A DNA stretch of 63,872 nucleotides, the filler included, from Octopus bimaculoides (taxonomy: Eukaryota): NCBI RefSeq assembly GCF_001194135.2. It is 6 parts of 5 records of this genome, joined end to end, with 100 filler letters (N's around TTAATTAATTAA, not from the genome) between each part and the next. Parts side by side here need not be neighbours in the genome. Positions count along the whole stretch, not along the records: positions 1 to 27,982 come from NC_068996.1; 5 more parts are not named here. One strand, written 5' to 3'. The position numbers were made by a program, and so were the translations under genes. The notes beneath the pieces were generated by a model, which was given only the letters and a program-made list of their open reading frames with translations, did no database searches and was not told where the DNA came from. This document shows, one piece after another, positions 1-13,140 of the stretch. Numbering within the stretch: the first letter of the stretch is position 1; every line of letters starts with the position of its first letter.

Positions 1-429
1 AGGGTCAGTTTTTTGAGACAACACCGTCACCGAGTTATCAGCATGTAAACATTGCTCGTAGCGTCGTTTTTTAAGGCTAGCAGATCGGTATTCATCTGTA
101 TTTTTTTTGTTGATAGATTTATCTCCGGGCATAGTGTATATTTCTTCTTCTTTTTTTTTTGTGTGTGGCGTTTTAAACTTATGAATGGTTCACTGTCTGT
201 GTTTGTTCACAAAATGAAAATAAATAAAGAAGAAAAAAGTTTTGGTTTTGCTTCGTTTGTGATATGTGTTTTCGTATGCGTGAGTGTGTCCTGTGATTTT
301 CACGTAGTTGTGTAAACATTAAGATGCATGTGTAGTTCTATGGGTATCAAAACGTATATATCATTGTGTACACGTTCGAGTGTATGCGTAATTATTCAAT
401 ATATGTACTTACTATTTTGTTCCATTTCT

Positions 430-490
430 TTTTTATTATTATTATTATTATCATCATCATTATTATTTTTATTATTATTATTATTTTTAT
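430..490. repeat. (TTA)n microsatellite abutting the 3' end of an RLE LINE fragment
   Basis: Direct reading of ttattattatt...; source of the poly-I/poly-L pseudo-ORFs. Confidence 0.95.
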
Positions 491-494
491 TAGC

Positions 495-886
495 ATCCTC
501 TTTCAAATCTGTTTCTATTTCTTGATGCGATCTGTACCCAACAATGCCATCTTCTGGATCACTTCGACCCTGACAGCAGCTCCAATATTCTTAATATGTT
601 TTTCAAAGCCCTTGCAAACTGCTCCTTATGCTACAATTACCACCAGTATCACCATTACTTTCCTCATGCCCCATAACTTCCCTATCTCGTCCCGCAGTGG
701 CTGGTATTTCTCAATCTTTTCTGTTTCCTTACAATTCACCTTTGAATCGCCTGGTATTGCAACATCTATTATCTTTGCTTCTTTTTCATCTTTATGGATG
801 ATCACGATATCTGGTCGTATCGCCTCTATGACTTGGTCGCATTGTATGTTAAAATCACGGAATATTTTGTAATGTTCGTTTTCCAT
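495..886 (-). mobile_element. R4/Dong-like non-LTR retrotransposon 3' fragment (restriction-like endonuclease domain)
   Basis: ORF 626-886 RPDIVIIHKDEKEAKIIDVAIPGD..EKIEKYQPL..LW, continuing past a stop as VIQKMALLGTDRIKK; matches the RLE motif PD..D..P..EK..KY. Confidence 0.85.
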
Positions 887-1062
887 TACTCCCTCTGGCT
901 TGTGTTCATACTATTGTTCGGTTCTCTCGAGTTTTGCTTTACCGCACAACAACCAGTGGACGTATCTGCCACATTGTCGTGTCTCCTTTTGTATTCGCGT
1001 TTTGTATAATATAGATAGATAAATAAATGGAGTTAAACGCAGATGTCATTGAAATTCTTTTA

Positions 1063-1151
1063 CTTCCGACGTATGTTTCGAAGACAACATTTGTATTATT
1101 CCAGGAGGAATAAAATGGTGTAAAACAATGCAACCTTCTCACCGGGGAAAG
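1063..1151 (-). ncRNA. Degenerate type-I hammerhead ribozyme motif
   Basis: Minus strand: CTTTCC-CCGGTGA-GAAG...CTTC-GAAA-CATAC-GTC-GGAAG; helices I, II and III pair, but two core positions deviate from CUGANGA. Confidence 0.5.
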
Positions 1152-1439
1152 AAAGAAACCAAACACATCAATAAGACATTTTAACATAATGTGACGACTG
1201 CGTATAATGATGAAAGGAACGCTATTAAGTTTTTTTCCCTTTAAACTGTTAGTAGATATAACGTCAAAGGTAGCAAATAGAAAGAGAAGGGGAAGGAAAG
1301 AAATTAGCAGAAAACTAATAGTGGAGAAATATAGAGCGATGGGTGAATTACAATAAAGTTTAAAAGCGTGGAATTAGATATATTTAGTGGAATTGAAATG
1401 TAAGAAGACAATCAAAGGTCAAATTATATAGAATGATAG

Positions 1440-2110
1440 AAATCACTTAGAGGAACTAAAGGTATGTTTCTGCCAACGTTTTGCAACGATAAACGCGTTC
1501 TATAAACCTGTTTACAAGGGGATTCTTTGAGAATAGAATATAAAACATTTCGCCATTACAAAGCGAGCAGAAATGTTTACCTTTATTATACGGTAAAGAA
1601 ATAGAGGGAATATNNNNNNNNNNNNNNNNNNNNNNNNNNNNNNNNNNNNNNNNNNNNNNNNNNNNNNNNNNNNNNNNNNNNNNNNNNNNNNNNNNNNNNN
1701 NNNNNNNNNNNNNNNNNNNNNNNNNNNNNNNNNNNNNNNNNNNNNNNNNNNNNNNNNNNNNNNNNNNNNNNNNNNNNNNNNNNNNNNNNNNNNNNNNNNN
1801 NNNNNNNNNNNNNNNNNNNNNNNNNNNNNNNNNNNNNNNNNNNNNNNNNNNNNNNNNNNNNNNNNNNNNNNNNNNNNNNNNNNNNNNNNNNNNNNNNNCC
1901 TTTTACTTTGGTGGGTTCCAAAGTTCGATTTCTAATAAAGATTCTTCATTTTAAATTGGTAGCTTACTGTTGTATTTTTCGAACATGAAAATATTACAAG
2001 TATAAGGTGTTACGAGCATTTATAGAACACGTATCCTATAGACACTCAACAAACAGTTAAAGATGGAGAAGAGAAGGACTTAAAAGCTTTATAAAATTTC
2101 AACCCATGCG
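1440..2110 (-). mobile_element. Decayed Penelope-like GIY-YIG endonuclease region, split by an N-gap
   Basis: Minus translation CNGEMFYILFSKNPLVNRFIERVYRCK resembles the PLE C-terminal LC..EK..IL....LLN.R.E....C; an HHR-like motif lies 3' of it. Confidence 0.45.
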
Positions 2111-3478
2111 TACGATTGTTTCGAACGGTAATATTAACATGTAAAAAACATGGGAAAGATTAGAAGATTAATTTAATTATAATTAATTATATATTACCGT
2201 TCTCCTCAGTGTAAAAAAAGAATACATCAGAAGAATATTATATTGTTTCAGAAGACTAGATAGAGTGAGTGTCACATAACATATTCAGATATGCATAATA
2301 TGATTATGAAAGATGAAAGATAAAACACGCTTAGGTAGTGTTGAGTCTAGTTGTATATGAACTATAACTGATGTGGCTAACGGTTGCTTGAAAATATAAG
2401 TGAAAAATGTTTAAGAAACATTCTCTCTATTATATGAAGATAAATAATTGATATACATTCAATATAAAGCATTTATCATCAGAAGTAAAATATAATATAT
2501 ATGTATGTATGTATGTATCTATCTATCTATCTATCTATCTAAATAAATAAATAAGCGTCCGATGGGACAGCATAGCTATATTTAAGTTTATATATGATTT
2601 GACAGTTATGAGCGGTATATAATAAAAATAATGAAAATAAATTATGGTGTACATAAAAAGAAATTATTCTTTAAAAATTCCTTGAATAAGAAATACGGAT
2701 AGTTTATATAACTTTATATGTATATATATATGTATATATATATANNNNNNNNNNNNNNNNNNNNNNNNNNNNNNNNNNNNNNNNNNNNNNNNNNNNNNNN
2801 NNNNNNNNNNNNNNNNNNNNNNNNNNNNNNNNNNNNNNNNNNNNNNNNNNNNNNNNNNNNNNNNNNNNNNNNNNNNNNNNNNNNNNNNNNNNNNNNNNNN
2901 NNNNNNNNNNNNNNNNNNNNNNNNNNNNNNNNNNNNNNNNNNNNNNNNNNNNNNNNNNNNNNNNNNNNNNNNNNNNNNNNNNNNNNNNNNNNNNNNNNNN
3001 NNNNNNNNNNNNNNNNNNNNNNNNNNNNNNNNNNNNNNNNNNNNNNNNNNNNNNNNNNNNNNNNNNNNNNNNNNNNNNNNNNNNNNNNNNNNNNNNNNNN
3101 NNNNNNNNNNNNNNNNNNNNNNNNNNNNNNNNNNNNNNNNNNNNNNNNNNNNNNNNNNNNNNNNNNNNNNNNNNNNNNNNNNNNNNNNNNNNNNNNNNNN
3201 NNNNNNNNNNNNNNNNNNNNNNNNNNNNNNNNNNNNNNNNNNNNNNNNNNNNNNNNNNNNNNNNNNNNNNNNNNNNNNNNNNNNNNNNNNNNNNNNNNNN
3301 NNNNNNNNNNNNNNNNNNNNNNNNNNNNNNNNNNNNNNNNNNNNNNNNNNNNNNNNNNNNNNNNNNNNNNNNNNNNNNNNNNNNNNNNNNNNNNNNNNNN
3401 NNNNNNNNNNNNNNNNNNNNNNNNNNNNNNNNNNNNNNNNNNNNNNNNNNNNNNNNNNNNNNNNNNNNNNNNNNNNNN

Positions 3479-3509
<31 letters not shown>

Positions 3510-3619
3510 CGTATTATAGACAAATATGTAGCAGAACTTGAGAACAAAATTAAACTGAAACTATGGTCTAGTACAGAAGAGGCAATACATTGGTTCATCA
3601 AAATAGAAAATAAAAATTA

Positions 3620-5520
3620 ATGCAATTTCTTTCAGGTAGATATTAATGACTATTACTCATCAATTAGCCCAACAATTAAACCCTAAATAGTGCCCTTATA
3701 TTTGCTAAAAATAATACTAAATTGTCTCGGAAAGAAATTCAAGTCATATTAACAGCTAGAAAATCAACAGTTAAGTTCGATAATAAACTATGGATCCGCA
3801 AAGATACACTCGACTGCTTTGATATAGTTGTAGGATCATCTGATTGCGCCCAGACTACAGATTTCCAGAAATTGCGGGTGGTTTATATAGGGCTGATGCA
3901 CTGCTCATCATCAAAAACCCTTCAAATAAAAAACTAGAATTGTACAAGAAAAAACTCCACCAGTTCCTTAACCGTTTTGGACTAAATATTTCAACGGAAA
4001 CAGAGCATGACACAGTTAATTTTTTAGACGTGAATTTAAACCTTAATGCAGGAAAATATGCACTATACCGTAAGCCTAACTATAAGCCTAAAATCACTTA
4101 TATCAATGTTAAAAGTTATCATCCAAAGTCTATTACCAATTGTTTAGTTAATAACATAGAAAAAAGAATTAATTACCTCTCATTTAATGAGGATATCTTT
4201 AACGAAAACAAAGAATTATACAATATTGCATTGGCAAAGACAGAGTACAAAGCAGAAAAGTAAATATATTAAGTATGGGTCGCATGCGATTAATAACAAA
4301 CCTAAACATCTACAAGAAGGTAAATATAACCAAAAATCGTAAAACTAAGGTTATGATTAATACAAAAAATATAAATATGGATAAAACAGCTAATCGATTA
4401 TATAGTAACTATATACTAAACAAAAATGACCATAGAAATAGGGTAGTAGAAACGACAAAGATAGACCTTAAGGCTAACGCAAATCCTGATATTGGTAATG
4501 ACAATATAAACATACATATATTACACCCCAAACAATTTGACCAAAATCAGAACAATATAAATAATAAATTAGCCATTGACTAGATCAATATGAACATGAG
4601 ACCTTACAATAACAATAGTAACATTAACACTAATTACAATATAAAAAGAAATAAAAAATTATATACTTTATATAAAATCCATTATAACAAACTATGTTAA
4701 TCTCAATTCTAGTAAAAATAAAATAAATGAGAATATTATCTGGTTGATATTGCTCTTCGCTAAACAAGTAAAAACAAAATTTAAGTTACACGTCTGATAA
4801 TAAACAAACCAAACATTTCTCTCGTAATAAAAGATAAGTACAGTGAAATAATTCAGAGTAGACATTTTAGATTTGGTCGTTCTGTTTCCCATAATTTTTT
4901 TAGATATATATCTTCTATAAATTATGCAAAATTAGATAATTTTTACGCTAAGCGAAAACTTAATGTTCCCAAAACAAACAAACACATAATGTACCAGGTA
5001 AAGGTAAGTCTGAATATTCTGATATAAACAATCAGAGGGAGCCTACTGTCCATAACCCATCTGCTAACTATAGTGATAATCTTAGCAGGTTCTGTGATTG
5101 TAGGGTTAAAGAGCAATGTAAATTAAATAATTATAGCAAACAGAAGAATTTAGTATACCAAACTATAGTTGAAGCTGAAGAGAAACTCTTTTTCCATATT
5201 GGCTCTACAGAATCATATGTGAAACATAGAATAGCGAACTACGAATGTTCTTTTAGAAATCCCAGTAAACGTTCTGCGACCAGTCTCTGTAAATTCATCT
5301 GGAAATTAAGACAGTAATATCAGTTTTAAAATTAAATGGAAGGTTATATGTTCTGCAAACTCTTACCATCCACCAGATAGAATTTGTCAACTCTGCACAT
5401 CAGAGTTCTCTAATATCCTTTTTTTTCTTTCTAGAAACCAATTATTAAATGAGAGAGTTGAAAAATTCTCGGCTTGCCTACACACTCCTAAATATCTATT
5501 TTATAAATATCATTAAACAT
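3620..5520 (+). mobile_element. Decayed AT-rich Penelope-like element (RT plus GIY-YIG)
   Basis: Frameshifted RT pieces (DINDYYSSI; LWIRKDTLDCFDIVVGSSD; GLYRADAL; VNFLDVNLNLNAGKYALYRKPN; YINVKSYHPKSI) and EN pieces (NLVYQ..HIGSTE..KHRIANY; KWKVI..CQLC) at about 5140-5500. Confidence 0.85.
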
Positions 5521-5609
5521 TCTTTGATTATTATTATAACTAATTGTTAAATTTCTTATTAACCATAAATATTTTTACTAAATAAGAAACTGAATTAATT
5601 AGATCCATA

Positions 5610-5843
5610 TTTTTTCTTTATTGCCCACAGGGTTAAACGTCCCCACAGGGGACAAACAAGGACAGACAGAGAAATTAAGTCGATTACACCGACCCCAGTA
5701 CGTAACTGGTACTTAATTTATCGATCCTGAAAGGATGAAAGGCAAAGTCGACCTCGGCGGAATTTGAACTCAGAACGTAACGGCAGACGAAATACCGCTA
5801 AGCATTTCGCCCGGCGTGCTAACGATTCTGCCAGCTCACCGTC
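5610..5843 (-). mobile_element. tRNA-derived SINE, family B (Deu/Nin-like central domain)
   Basis: Reverse complement has A box TGGCAGAATCG, B box GAGTTCAAATT and gtcgactttgcctttcatcctttc.ggatcgataaa; homologous copies at 12140, 28930 and 55000. Confidence 0.8.
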
Positions 5844-6599
5844 TTAGATCTATATTCGAACTAGCATTTATATCTTTAATTTTATGCGATATAAAATATG
5901 TAATATCTTGCCTTTATATATATATATTTCTAACATGTGCATAATATATATAAATGATCATATTCCAACAATCATTCAATTTTATTTCTTTTGTAACATA
6001 TATAACATTTCTTTACATATGAATTCCTAGCATATGCGTTATTTCTTTCTTATTATTTTTACAGAGTAAATTATATAATAATTCATATTTGTTAAATTAT
6101 CATTAAATATATTTATACTTGGTTTAACTGATAAATAGTTTTAATCTACCTAAGCAAAACATCGATCATAAATACAAACACTACATTTGCATCATATCAC
6201 GTATTATGCAATTCCTACATATGATGAAGAAATCTCCAATTTACTTATCTATTTAGTTAATAATTATTAATTACAAACATATGTTACATTATATCAAATA
6301 TCCAATATATGCTCCCATATATTCTACTGTATTTTATTTCATTGTTATATTTTATTCTTCTTCTCTTCAGTCCCTCCTTCAACTTTTCATTTTATTTGAC
6401 CTCTTAACTGACCAATTCTAGATATTAGTAAACTTCCTATAACGTAACTCTAACAAGTTAGCCTGTCTGAAAGTAAATAAATGAAAATAAGTTTAATAAA
6501 TATATGTATTTGAGTTCGAGTGTGTATATCTGTGTGTATATGCGCATGCGTGTGTTTATACGTATATATTGAAGTATATATATATATATATATATATAT

Positions 6600-6886
6600 G
6601 ACGTTGACCACTAACGTGGACATTTAACGTGGGCAACTTTGTATGGGGTTCTGATTATTATGGTTCCATTACAAATCAGGCTGAAGAGAAATAGACAGTC
6701 AGTAAGATTGTTAAATTTGAAACTGGTACCTGTTTAATAATGTTCCTTTGCGGTGATTTTAAATGTCTTGCCCGCTTACGTTTTGGTATCACGCTATATT
6801 TCATGTTGAGAACAATTTAGGTCTTTTTAGACACAAGATGTGATCTATTTCTAGCACATTAAATGTCCACGTTAGTGGTCAACGTC
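6600..6886. mobile_element. MITE with 32-bp terminal inverted repeats inserted in (TA)n
   Basis: 6600-6631 gacgttgaccactaacgtggacatttaacgtg versus reverse complement of 6855-6886, one mismatch; TA repeats on both sides. Confidence 0.85.
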
Positions 6887-7823
6887 ATATATAANNNNNN
6901 NNNNNNNNNNNNNNNNNNNNNNNNNNNNNNNNNNNNNNNNNNNNNNNNNNNNNNNNNNNNNNNNNNNNNNNNNNNNNNNNNNNNNNNNNNNNNNNNNNNN
7001 NNNNNNNNNNNNNNNNNNNNNNNNNNNNNNNNNNNNNNNNNNNNNNNNNNNNNNNNNNNNNNNNNNNNNNNNNNNNNNNNNNNNNNNNNNNNNNNNNNNN
7101 NNNNNNNNNNNNNNNNNNNNNNNNNNNNNNNNNNNNNNNNNNNNNNNNNNNNNNNNNNNNNNNNNNNNNNNNNNNNNNNNNNNNNNNNNNNNNNNNNNNN
7201 NNNNNNNNNNNNNNNNNNNNNNNNNNNNNNNNNNNNNNNNNNNNNNNNNNNNNNNNNNNNNNNNNNNNNNNNNNNNNNNNNNNNNNNNNNNNNNNNNNNN
7301 NNNNNNNNNNNNNNNNNNNNNNNNNNNNNNNNNNNNNNNNNNNNNNNNNNNNNNNNNNNNNNNNNNNNNNNNNNNNNNNNNNNNNNNNNNNNNNNNNNNN
7401 NNNNNNNNNNNNNNNNNNNNNNNNNNNNNNNNNNNNNNNNNNNNNNNNNNNNNNNNNNNNNNNNNNNNNNNNNNNNNNNNNNNNNNNNNNNNNNNNNNNN
7501 NNNNNNNNNNNNNNNNNNNNNNNNNNNNNNNNNNNNNNNNNNNNNNNNNNNNNNNNNNNNNNNNNNNNNNNNNNNNNNNNNNNNNNNNNNNNNNNNNNNN
7601 NNNNNNNNNNNNNNNNNNNNNNNNNNNNNNNNNNNNNNNNNNNNNNNNNNNNNNNNNNNNNNNNNNNNNNNNNNNNNNNNNNNNNNNNNNNNNNNNNNNN
7701 NNNNNNNNNNNNNNNNNNNNNNNNNNNNNNNNNNNNNNNNNNNNNNNNNNNNNNNNNNNNNNNNNNNNNNNNNNNNNNNNNNNNNNNNNNNNNNNNNNNN
7801 NNNNNNNNNNNNNNNNNNNNNNN

Positions 7824-10130
7824 GTGATACAAGTATTGTGTTACTGGAGAGGAAGGAGATGAAAAGGCAGAGTTGTTCGCGGAAGAAGGAGGTGTTTTCT
7901 ATACAGTCGTCTATGTAGCGACCGTATAGTTCTAGGGTCGGACCGGAGAATTGGGAGAATACTTGGGCCTCAATGTAACCAACAAATAGGTTGGCGTAAT
8001 TGGAGCCCATTCTCCTTCCCATCGCGACCTCAGATACTGTTGGTAGGTTTCTCCGGCGAACGTTAAGCAGTTGAGAGTGAGGACAAACTCTGCCAGACGA
8101 AGCAGGTGGGGGTGCTAGGTGTGGGGTCAAGGTGGCGGTCGAGGAAGTATTGGAGGGCTGAGAGACCATCGTTGTGGGGAATCACGGTGTATAGGATTTG
8201 ATGCCCAAGGTGAAGAGGTGTGAGGGGCCGGGAGGGAAGGAAAAAGAATTGAAGAGGTGAAGGGCGTGGTTAATGTCGTGTATGTGGGATGGGAGGGCAG
8301 CAACTAAGGGGTCAGGATATGGTCGAGATATTTAGAAATGAGTTCGGTGGGGCAATTTCAAGCAGAGACAATAGGGCGGCCAGGGTTGTTAGGTTTGTGG
8401 ATTTTGGGAAGGAAATAGATGGTGGAGGTGCGGGGTCTGCGGTCGATGTGGTTGGTGGCGGTGGCGGGAAGAGCAGAGGAGGAGATGAGGTCATGGATGG
8501 TGGAGGAGACCCGCCGTTGGTAGGAGGGGATTTTGAAGTTGGCCGAGCGCTTCCTCTCTGTAAAGGTCTGCACGCCACACCACCACNNNNNNNNNNNNNN
8601 NNNNNNNNNNNNNNNNNNNNNNNNNNNNNNNNNNNNNNNNNNNNNNNNNNNNNNNNNNNNNNNNNNNNNNNNNNNNNNNNNNNNNNNNNNNNNNNNNNNN
8701 NNNNNNNNNNNNNNNNNNNNNNNNNNNNNNNNNNNNNNNNNNNNNNNNNNNNNNNNNNNNNNNNNNNNNNNNNNNNNNNNNNNNNNNNNNNNNNNNNNNN
8801 NNNNNNNNNNNNNNNNNNNNNNNNNNNNNNNNNNNNNNNNNNNNNNNNNNNNNNNNNNNNNNNNNNNNNNNNNNNNNNNNNNNNNNNNNNNNNNNNNNNN
8901 NNNNNNNNNNNNNNNNNNNNNNNNNNNNNNNNNNNNNNNNNNNNNNNNNNNNNNNNNNNNNNNNNNNNNNNNNNNNNNNNNNNNNNNNNNNNNNNNNNNN
9001 NNNNNNNNNNNNNNNNNNNNNNNNNNNNNNNNNNNNNNNNNNNNNNNNNNNNNNNNNNNNNNNNNNNNNNNNNNNNNNNNNNNNNNNNNNNNNNNNNNNN
9101 NNNNNNNNNNNNNNNNNNNNNNNNNNNNNNNNNNNNNNNNNNNNNNNNNNNNNNNNNNNNNNNNNNNNNNNNNNNNNNNNNNNNNNNNNNNNNNNNNNNN
9201 NNNNNNNNNNNNNNNNNNNNNNNNNNNNNNNNNNNNNNNNNNNNNNNNNNNNNNNNNNNNNNNNNNNNNNNNNNNNNNNNNNNNNNNNNNNNNNNNNNNN
9301 NNNNNNNNNNNNNNNNNNNNNNNNNNNNNNNNNNNNNNNNNNNNNNNNNNNNNNNNNNNNNNNNNNNNNNNNGAAAGGGGAGGGATAGGGGGAGCGTGGA
9401 ACGTCAAGAGAAATCCACGGGGTGTGACGTGATGACAGAGGCAACGGCTAAGAAAGTTGAGATGGCTAGTGTGCCAGGTTTTTTTTAAAAGCAAGTAAGA
9501 GACTTTTTTGCGGGTTGCAAGCATTGTGGGTGAAAAAAAGAAAGAAATCGGTGAAGAAGGGACTGAAGATGTTGGAGGAAGTAGTGGAGGTCAGGCATGG
9601 TGAGAGGATGTGAATGTCGGTGTAGGTGTTATTGGTGGTGAGAAAAGAGAAAGAGCAAGAGAGGGGAGTGAGTAGAACAGAAGATAGTTAGAGGGAGGAC
9701 GAGATAGGTAGAAGGAGAACGAAAAAAGTGAGAGAGTCACGGACAAATTATACTGATATCCAATCAAGGTGCAGGAATGGCGTAATCCGAGTGAGTAAGA
9801 ACAGTAATCCAATAGGAACAGTAATCCGAGGATACAAGAATTCCGCGAATTGGGTACTCCAAGTTCAGTCGAAAGGCCGGGATCCGTGTCAGCGTGCGCT
9901 ATATAATGAGTTCAAACAAGAAAAACGACAAAAAACAACAACAAAAAACAACGCGAGGACGTGATACAGATATTGTGTTATTGGACGCTCAGGAAAGGAA
10001 AGAAAGAGAATTTGACATTTCGAGCGAAGCTCTTCGTCGGAAATATAGGAAAGTCCAAAGAAGGGAAGACGGAGGAAGAAAAAATCGCCAACGATATACA
10101 CGAGGTTACATTGTGGAATGACCGGAAGGG
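7824..10130 (-). mobile_element. GC-richer Penelope-like element (N-terminus plus RT), interrupted by gaps, with upstream terminal repeat
   Basis: HTSHLNFLSRCLCHHVTPRGF (N-terminus); IYFLPKIHKPNNPGRPIVSA; VAMGRRMGSNYANLFVGYIE..YGRYIDDCI (RT motifs). Confidence 0.9.
10010..10044 (-). ncRNA. Minimal type-I hammerhead-like motif upstream of the Penelope ORF
   Basis: Minus strand: ATTT-CCGACGA-A-GAGC-TTC-GCTC-GAAA-T-GTC-AAAT; U4->C deviation; homologous to 41528-41562. Confidence 0.6.
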
Positions 10131-10246
10131 AATGGGCGAAGAAAAAGTTCTTTCTAAGACAGGAGAGTGCAAGAGAGGGAGGTATGTATGTGTGCGTGCG
10201 CGTGGGTCCGTGTGTGTGTGTGTGTAATAACAGCACGTGCATGTGC

Positions 10247-10283
<37 letters not shown>

Positions 10284-10886
10284 GCTTAAGGTTGTAGAAG
10301 GAATTAGTAGCAGGAATTATTTGGGAGTGGTTATGAATGTGTAAGTACATAAATATATACGCGTAATATATTGATGACTATGAGTTTACATGTAAGACTT
10401 TCAAAATACATATCTTAACGGTCAGTATTTCAAACTTTTGTGTATACTTGATTTTAAATATGACACAACTTGATCTGAATGATAAGTATCCATAGATTTC
10501 CTGAACCGTATCTTTACCAAACCAATGAAAATAATTCAGTTATAATGATCGACTAATTATTGTTTTCTTTTACTATCTATCTTATCTTTCATTTATTTTA
10601 TTATATAATTTTTCTTCCCTTACATATTTAAGTATTGGTTTTTTTTCCATTTATCTAAATTTATATATTATATATTTTACATACATTTATATTCTTCTTT
10701 ACTTTTTATCTTCTTACTTTACCTTATTATTTTTGTTATTTCATTTTATTTTATCATTCCGTGCATCAATAATTCATTAGCTAAATATATATGCATAATA
10801 TATATATGATTTTACTTCTTAAACTTATTAGTTATTCATCTGCATCCTTTCAAGAAATAACTTAGCCTTTGTTGTATAAGCTCATA

Positions 10887-11013
10887 AAGCCCTGATGAGA
10901 TTCTGCCCCTCATAGTTGAAAATGATGACCACTTATTAACATTTGACCCTACCCAAAGGCTTAGAATTACGAATTACCAAGGGGCATGAATCGCAATATA
11001 TATATGTAGGTTT
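10887..11013 (+). ncRNA. Type-I hammerhead motif with long helix II and one core substitution
   Basis: AAGCC-CTGATGA-GATTC-TGCCCCT...AGGGGCA-T-GAATC-GCAA-TATATATAT-GTA-GGTTT; 12-bp helix II with one bulge, 5-bp helix I, GAAA->GCAA. Confidence 0.7.
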
Positions 11014-11155
11014 TTAGCATCTGCCATTTCCTTTTTCTTTTTTTAGCTTTATAATTTATTTGTATTGCTTTTTATGAAAAACTTCCACCCGCATATCATA
11101 CAAATAAATTTATACATCCATGATTCTCCATTTTTTTAATTTTATACACACACAA

Positions 11156-11184
<29 letters not shown>

Positions 11185-11194
<10 letters not shown>

Positions 11195-11405
11195 CTCTTT
11201 TACTCTTTACTTGTTTCAGTCATTTGACTGTGCCCATGCTGGAGCACCGCCTTTAGTCGAGCAAATCAACCCCAGGACTTATTCTTTGCAAGCCTAGTAC
11301 TTATTCTATCGGTCTATTTTGCCGAACCGCTACGTTACGGGAACGTAAACACACCACCATCGGTTGTCAAGCGATGTTGGGGGGACAAACACAGACACAC
11401 AAATA

Positions 11406-11483
<78 letters not shown>

Positions 11484-11705
11484 NNNNNNNNNNNNNNNNN
11501 NNNNNNNNNNNNNNNNNNNNNNNNNNNNNNNNNNNNNNNNNNNNNNNNNNNNNNNNNNNNATATACATATATACGACGGGCTTCTTTCAGTTTCCGTCTA
11601 CCAAATCCACTCACAAGGCTTTGGTCAGCCTGAAGCTATAGTAGGACTGAACCTGGAACCATGCGGTTGGTAAGCAAGCTACTTACCACACAGCTACTCC
11701 TACGC
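11185..11705 (-). mobile_element. tRNA-derived SINE, family A (with internal microsatellite)
   Basis: Head gctgtgtggtaagtagcttgcttaccaaccgcatggttccaggttcagtcc; tail ggcggtgctccagcatgggcacagtcaaatgactgaaac; many copies in the window. Confidence 0.9.
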
Positions 11706-12139
11706 CTATATATATAAAGTTGAATTTTGTATTCCTTGGTCCATTGTTGACACGAAACAATACCGAACTATGTCAAGGTTATCTTAAAATGATTAATCTA
11801 TATTATATGCAATACGTACACACACACACGCACGCACACACACACACACGCACGCACACACACACACACACATCTCTTCCATCTTGATTTCTTACATTAA
11901 TAATTTGAACTAATGTAAACTGCAGTGACATTTTCCTAAAGAAACGCATCCAATGCATCCATTATATACTTTCCAATGCTCTTTGATCCTTCAATCGATT
12001 TAATAATAGTATATTTTAATGCAATATAGTGTATGTAATATACCCTTCTACTCTGTATTATTAAAGATTATGATTGCTATATGCAATTTGTCGTCGCTCT
12101 CATTCTTATAATAATTATATAAACATATAATTCAAAGTT

Positions 12140-12305
12140 TGACACAAGACCAGCAATTTCGGGGTGAGGGGGAAAGTGAATTATCGACCTCCAAAGGATG
12201 AAAGTCAAGGCTGGCCCCAACAGCATTTGGTCTCTCAATGTAAAGACGGATAAAATGTCGCTAAGCATTTTGCTCGGCACAGTCATGAGTTTGTCAGCTC
12301 GCCGT
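12140..12305 (-). mobile_element. SINE family B, diverged copy
   Basis: Similarity to 5610-5843 and 28930-29150. Confidence 0.7.
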
Positions 12306-12489
12306 CTTCAAAAATTATATAAATATTGCAATAAAGTTATAAATACACAATTATTTTTACATTAAACTATATAATTATATTTTAATTATATGATTATAAG
12401 TATTTTATAATTATATATATCTTTTAATTATATTATAATTATATTTTATTATTATTATTATTGTTATTGTTATTATTATTATTATTTTA

Positions 12490-12820
12490 TGTTTGACTTT
12501 TGTTTTGCATTTGTACAAGTTGGATCCAAGTCTCACCCAGAGACCTCAAGAGACAACAAGTTAGAAGTTCATGTAGGTGTTATGCCTAGGGTACCATATA
12601 TTTGGATTTGTACAGTTTTGTTCAAGTGAATGTTTAAGAAACCATAAGAAAATTATGTGTTTGCTTTAAAATTTGAGATCACATAGACAGTATTTTACGT
12701 AGGATATGGGCAGTTCCCATGAGCACTACCTTTTGAACTTCAGCCATTTTGGGGTTTCCTGGTATCTGAGCTAGGTAGTAATCAGCCCGTTTCGCTGTCA
12801 TTCCCAGGGCACCTATGACA
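12490..12820 (-). mobile_element. R4/Dong-like LINE 3' end and 3' UTR ending in (AAT)n
   Basis: VIGALGMTAKRADYYLAQIPGNPKMAEVQKVVLMGTAHILRKILSM*, then UTR, then TAA repeats at about 12445-12490. Confidence 0.85.
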
Positions 12821-13140
12821 ANNNNNNNNNNNNNNNNNNNNNNNNNNNNNNNNNNNNNNNNNNNNNNNNNNNNNNNNNNNNNNNNNNNNNNNNNNNNNNN
12901 NNNNNNNNNNNNNNNNNNNNNNNNNNNNNNNNNNNNNNNNNNNNNNNNNNNNNNNNNNNNNNNNNNNNNNNNNNNNNNNNNNNNNNNNNNNNNNNNNNNN
13001 NNNNNNNNNNNNNNNNNNNNNNNNNNNNNNNNNNNNNNNNNNNNNNNNNNNNNNNNNNNNNNNNNNNNNNNNNNNNNNNNNNNNNNNNNNNNNNNNNNNN
13101 NNNNNNNNNNNNNNNNNNNNNNNNNNNNNNNNNNNNNNNN

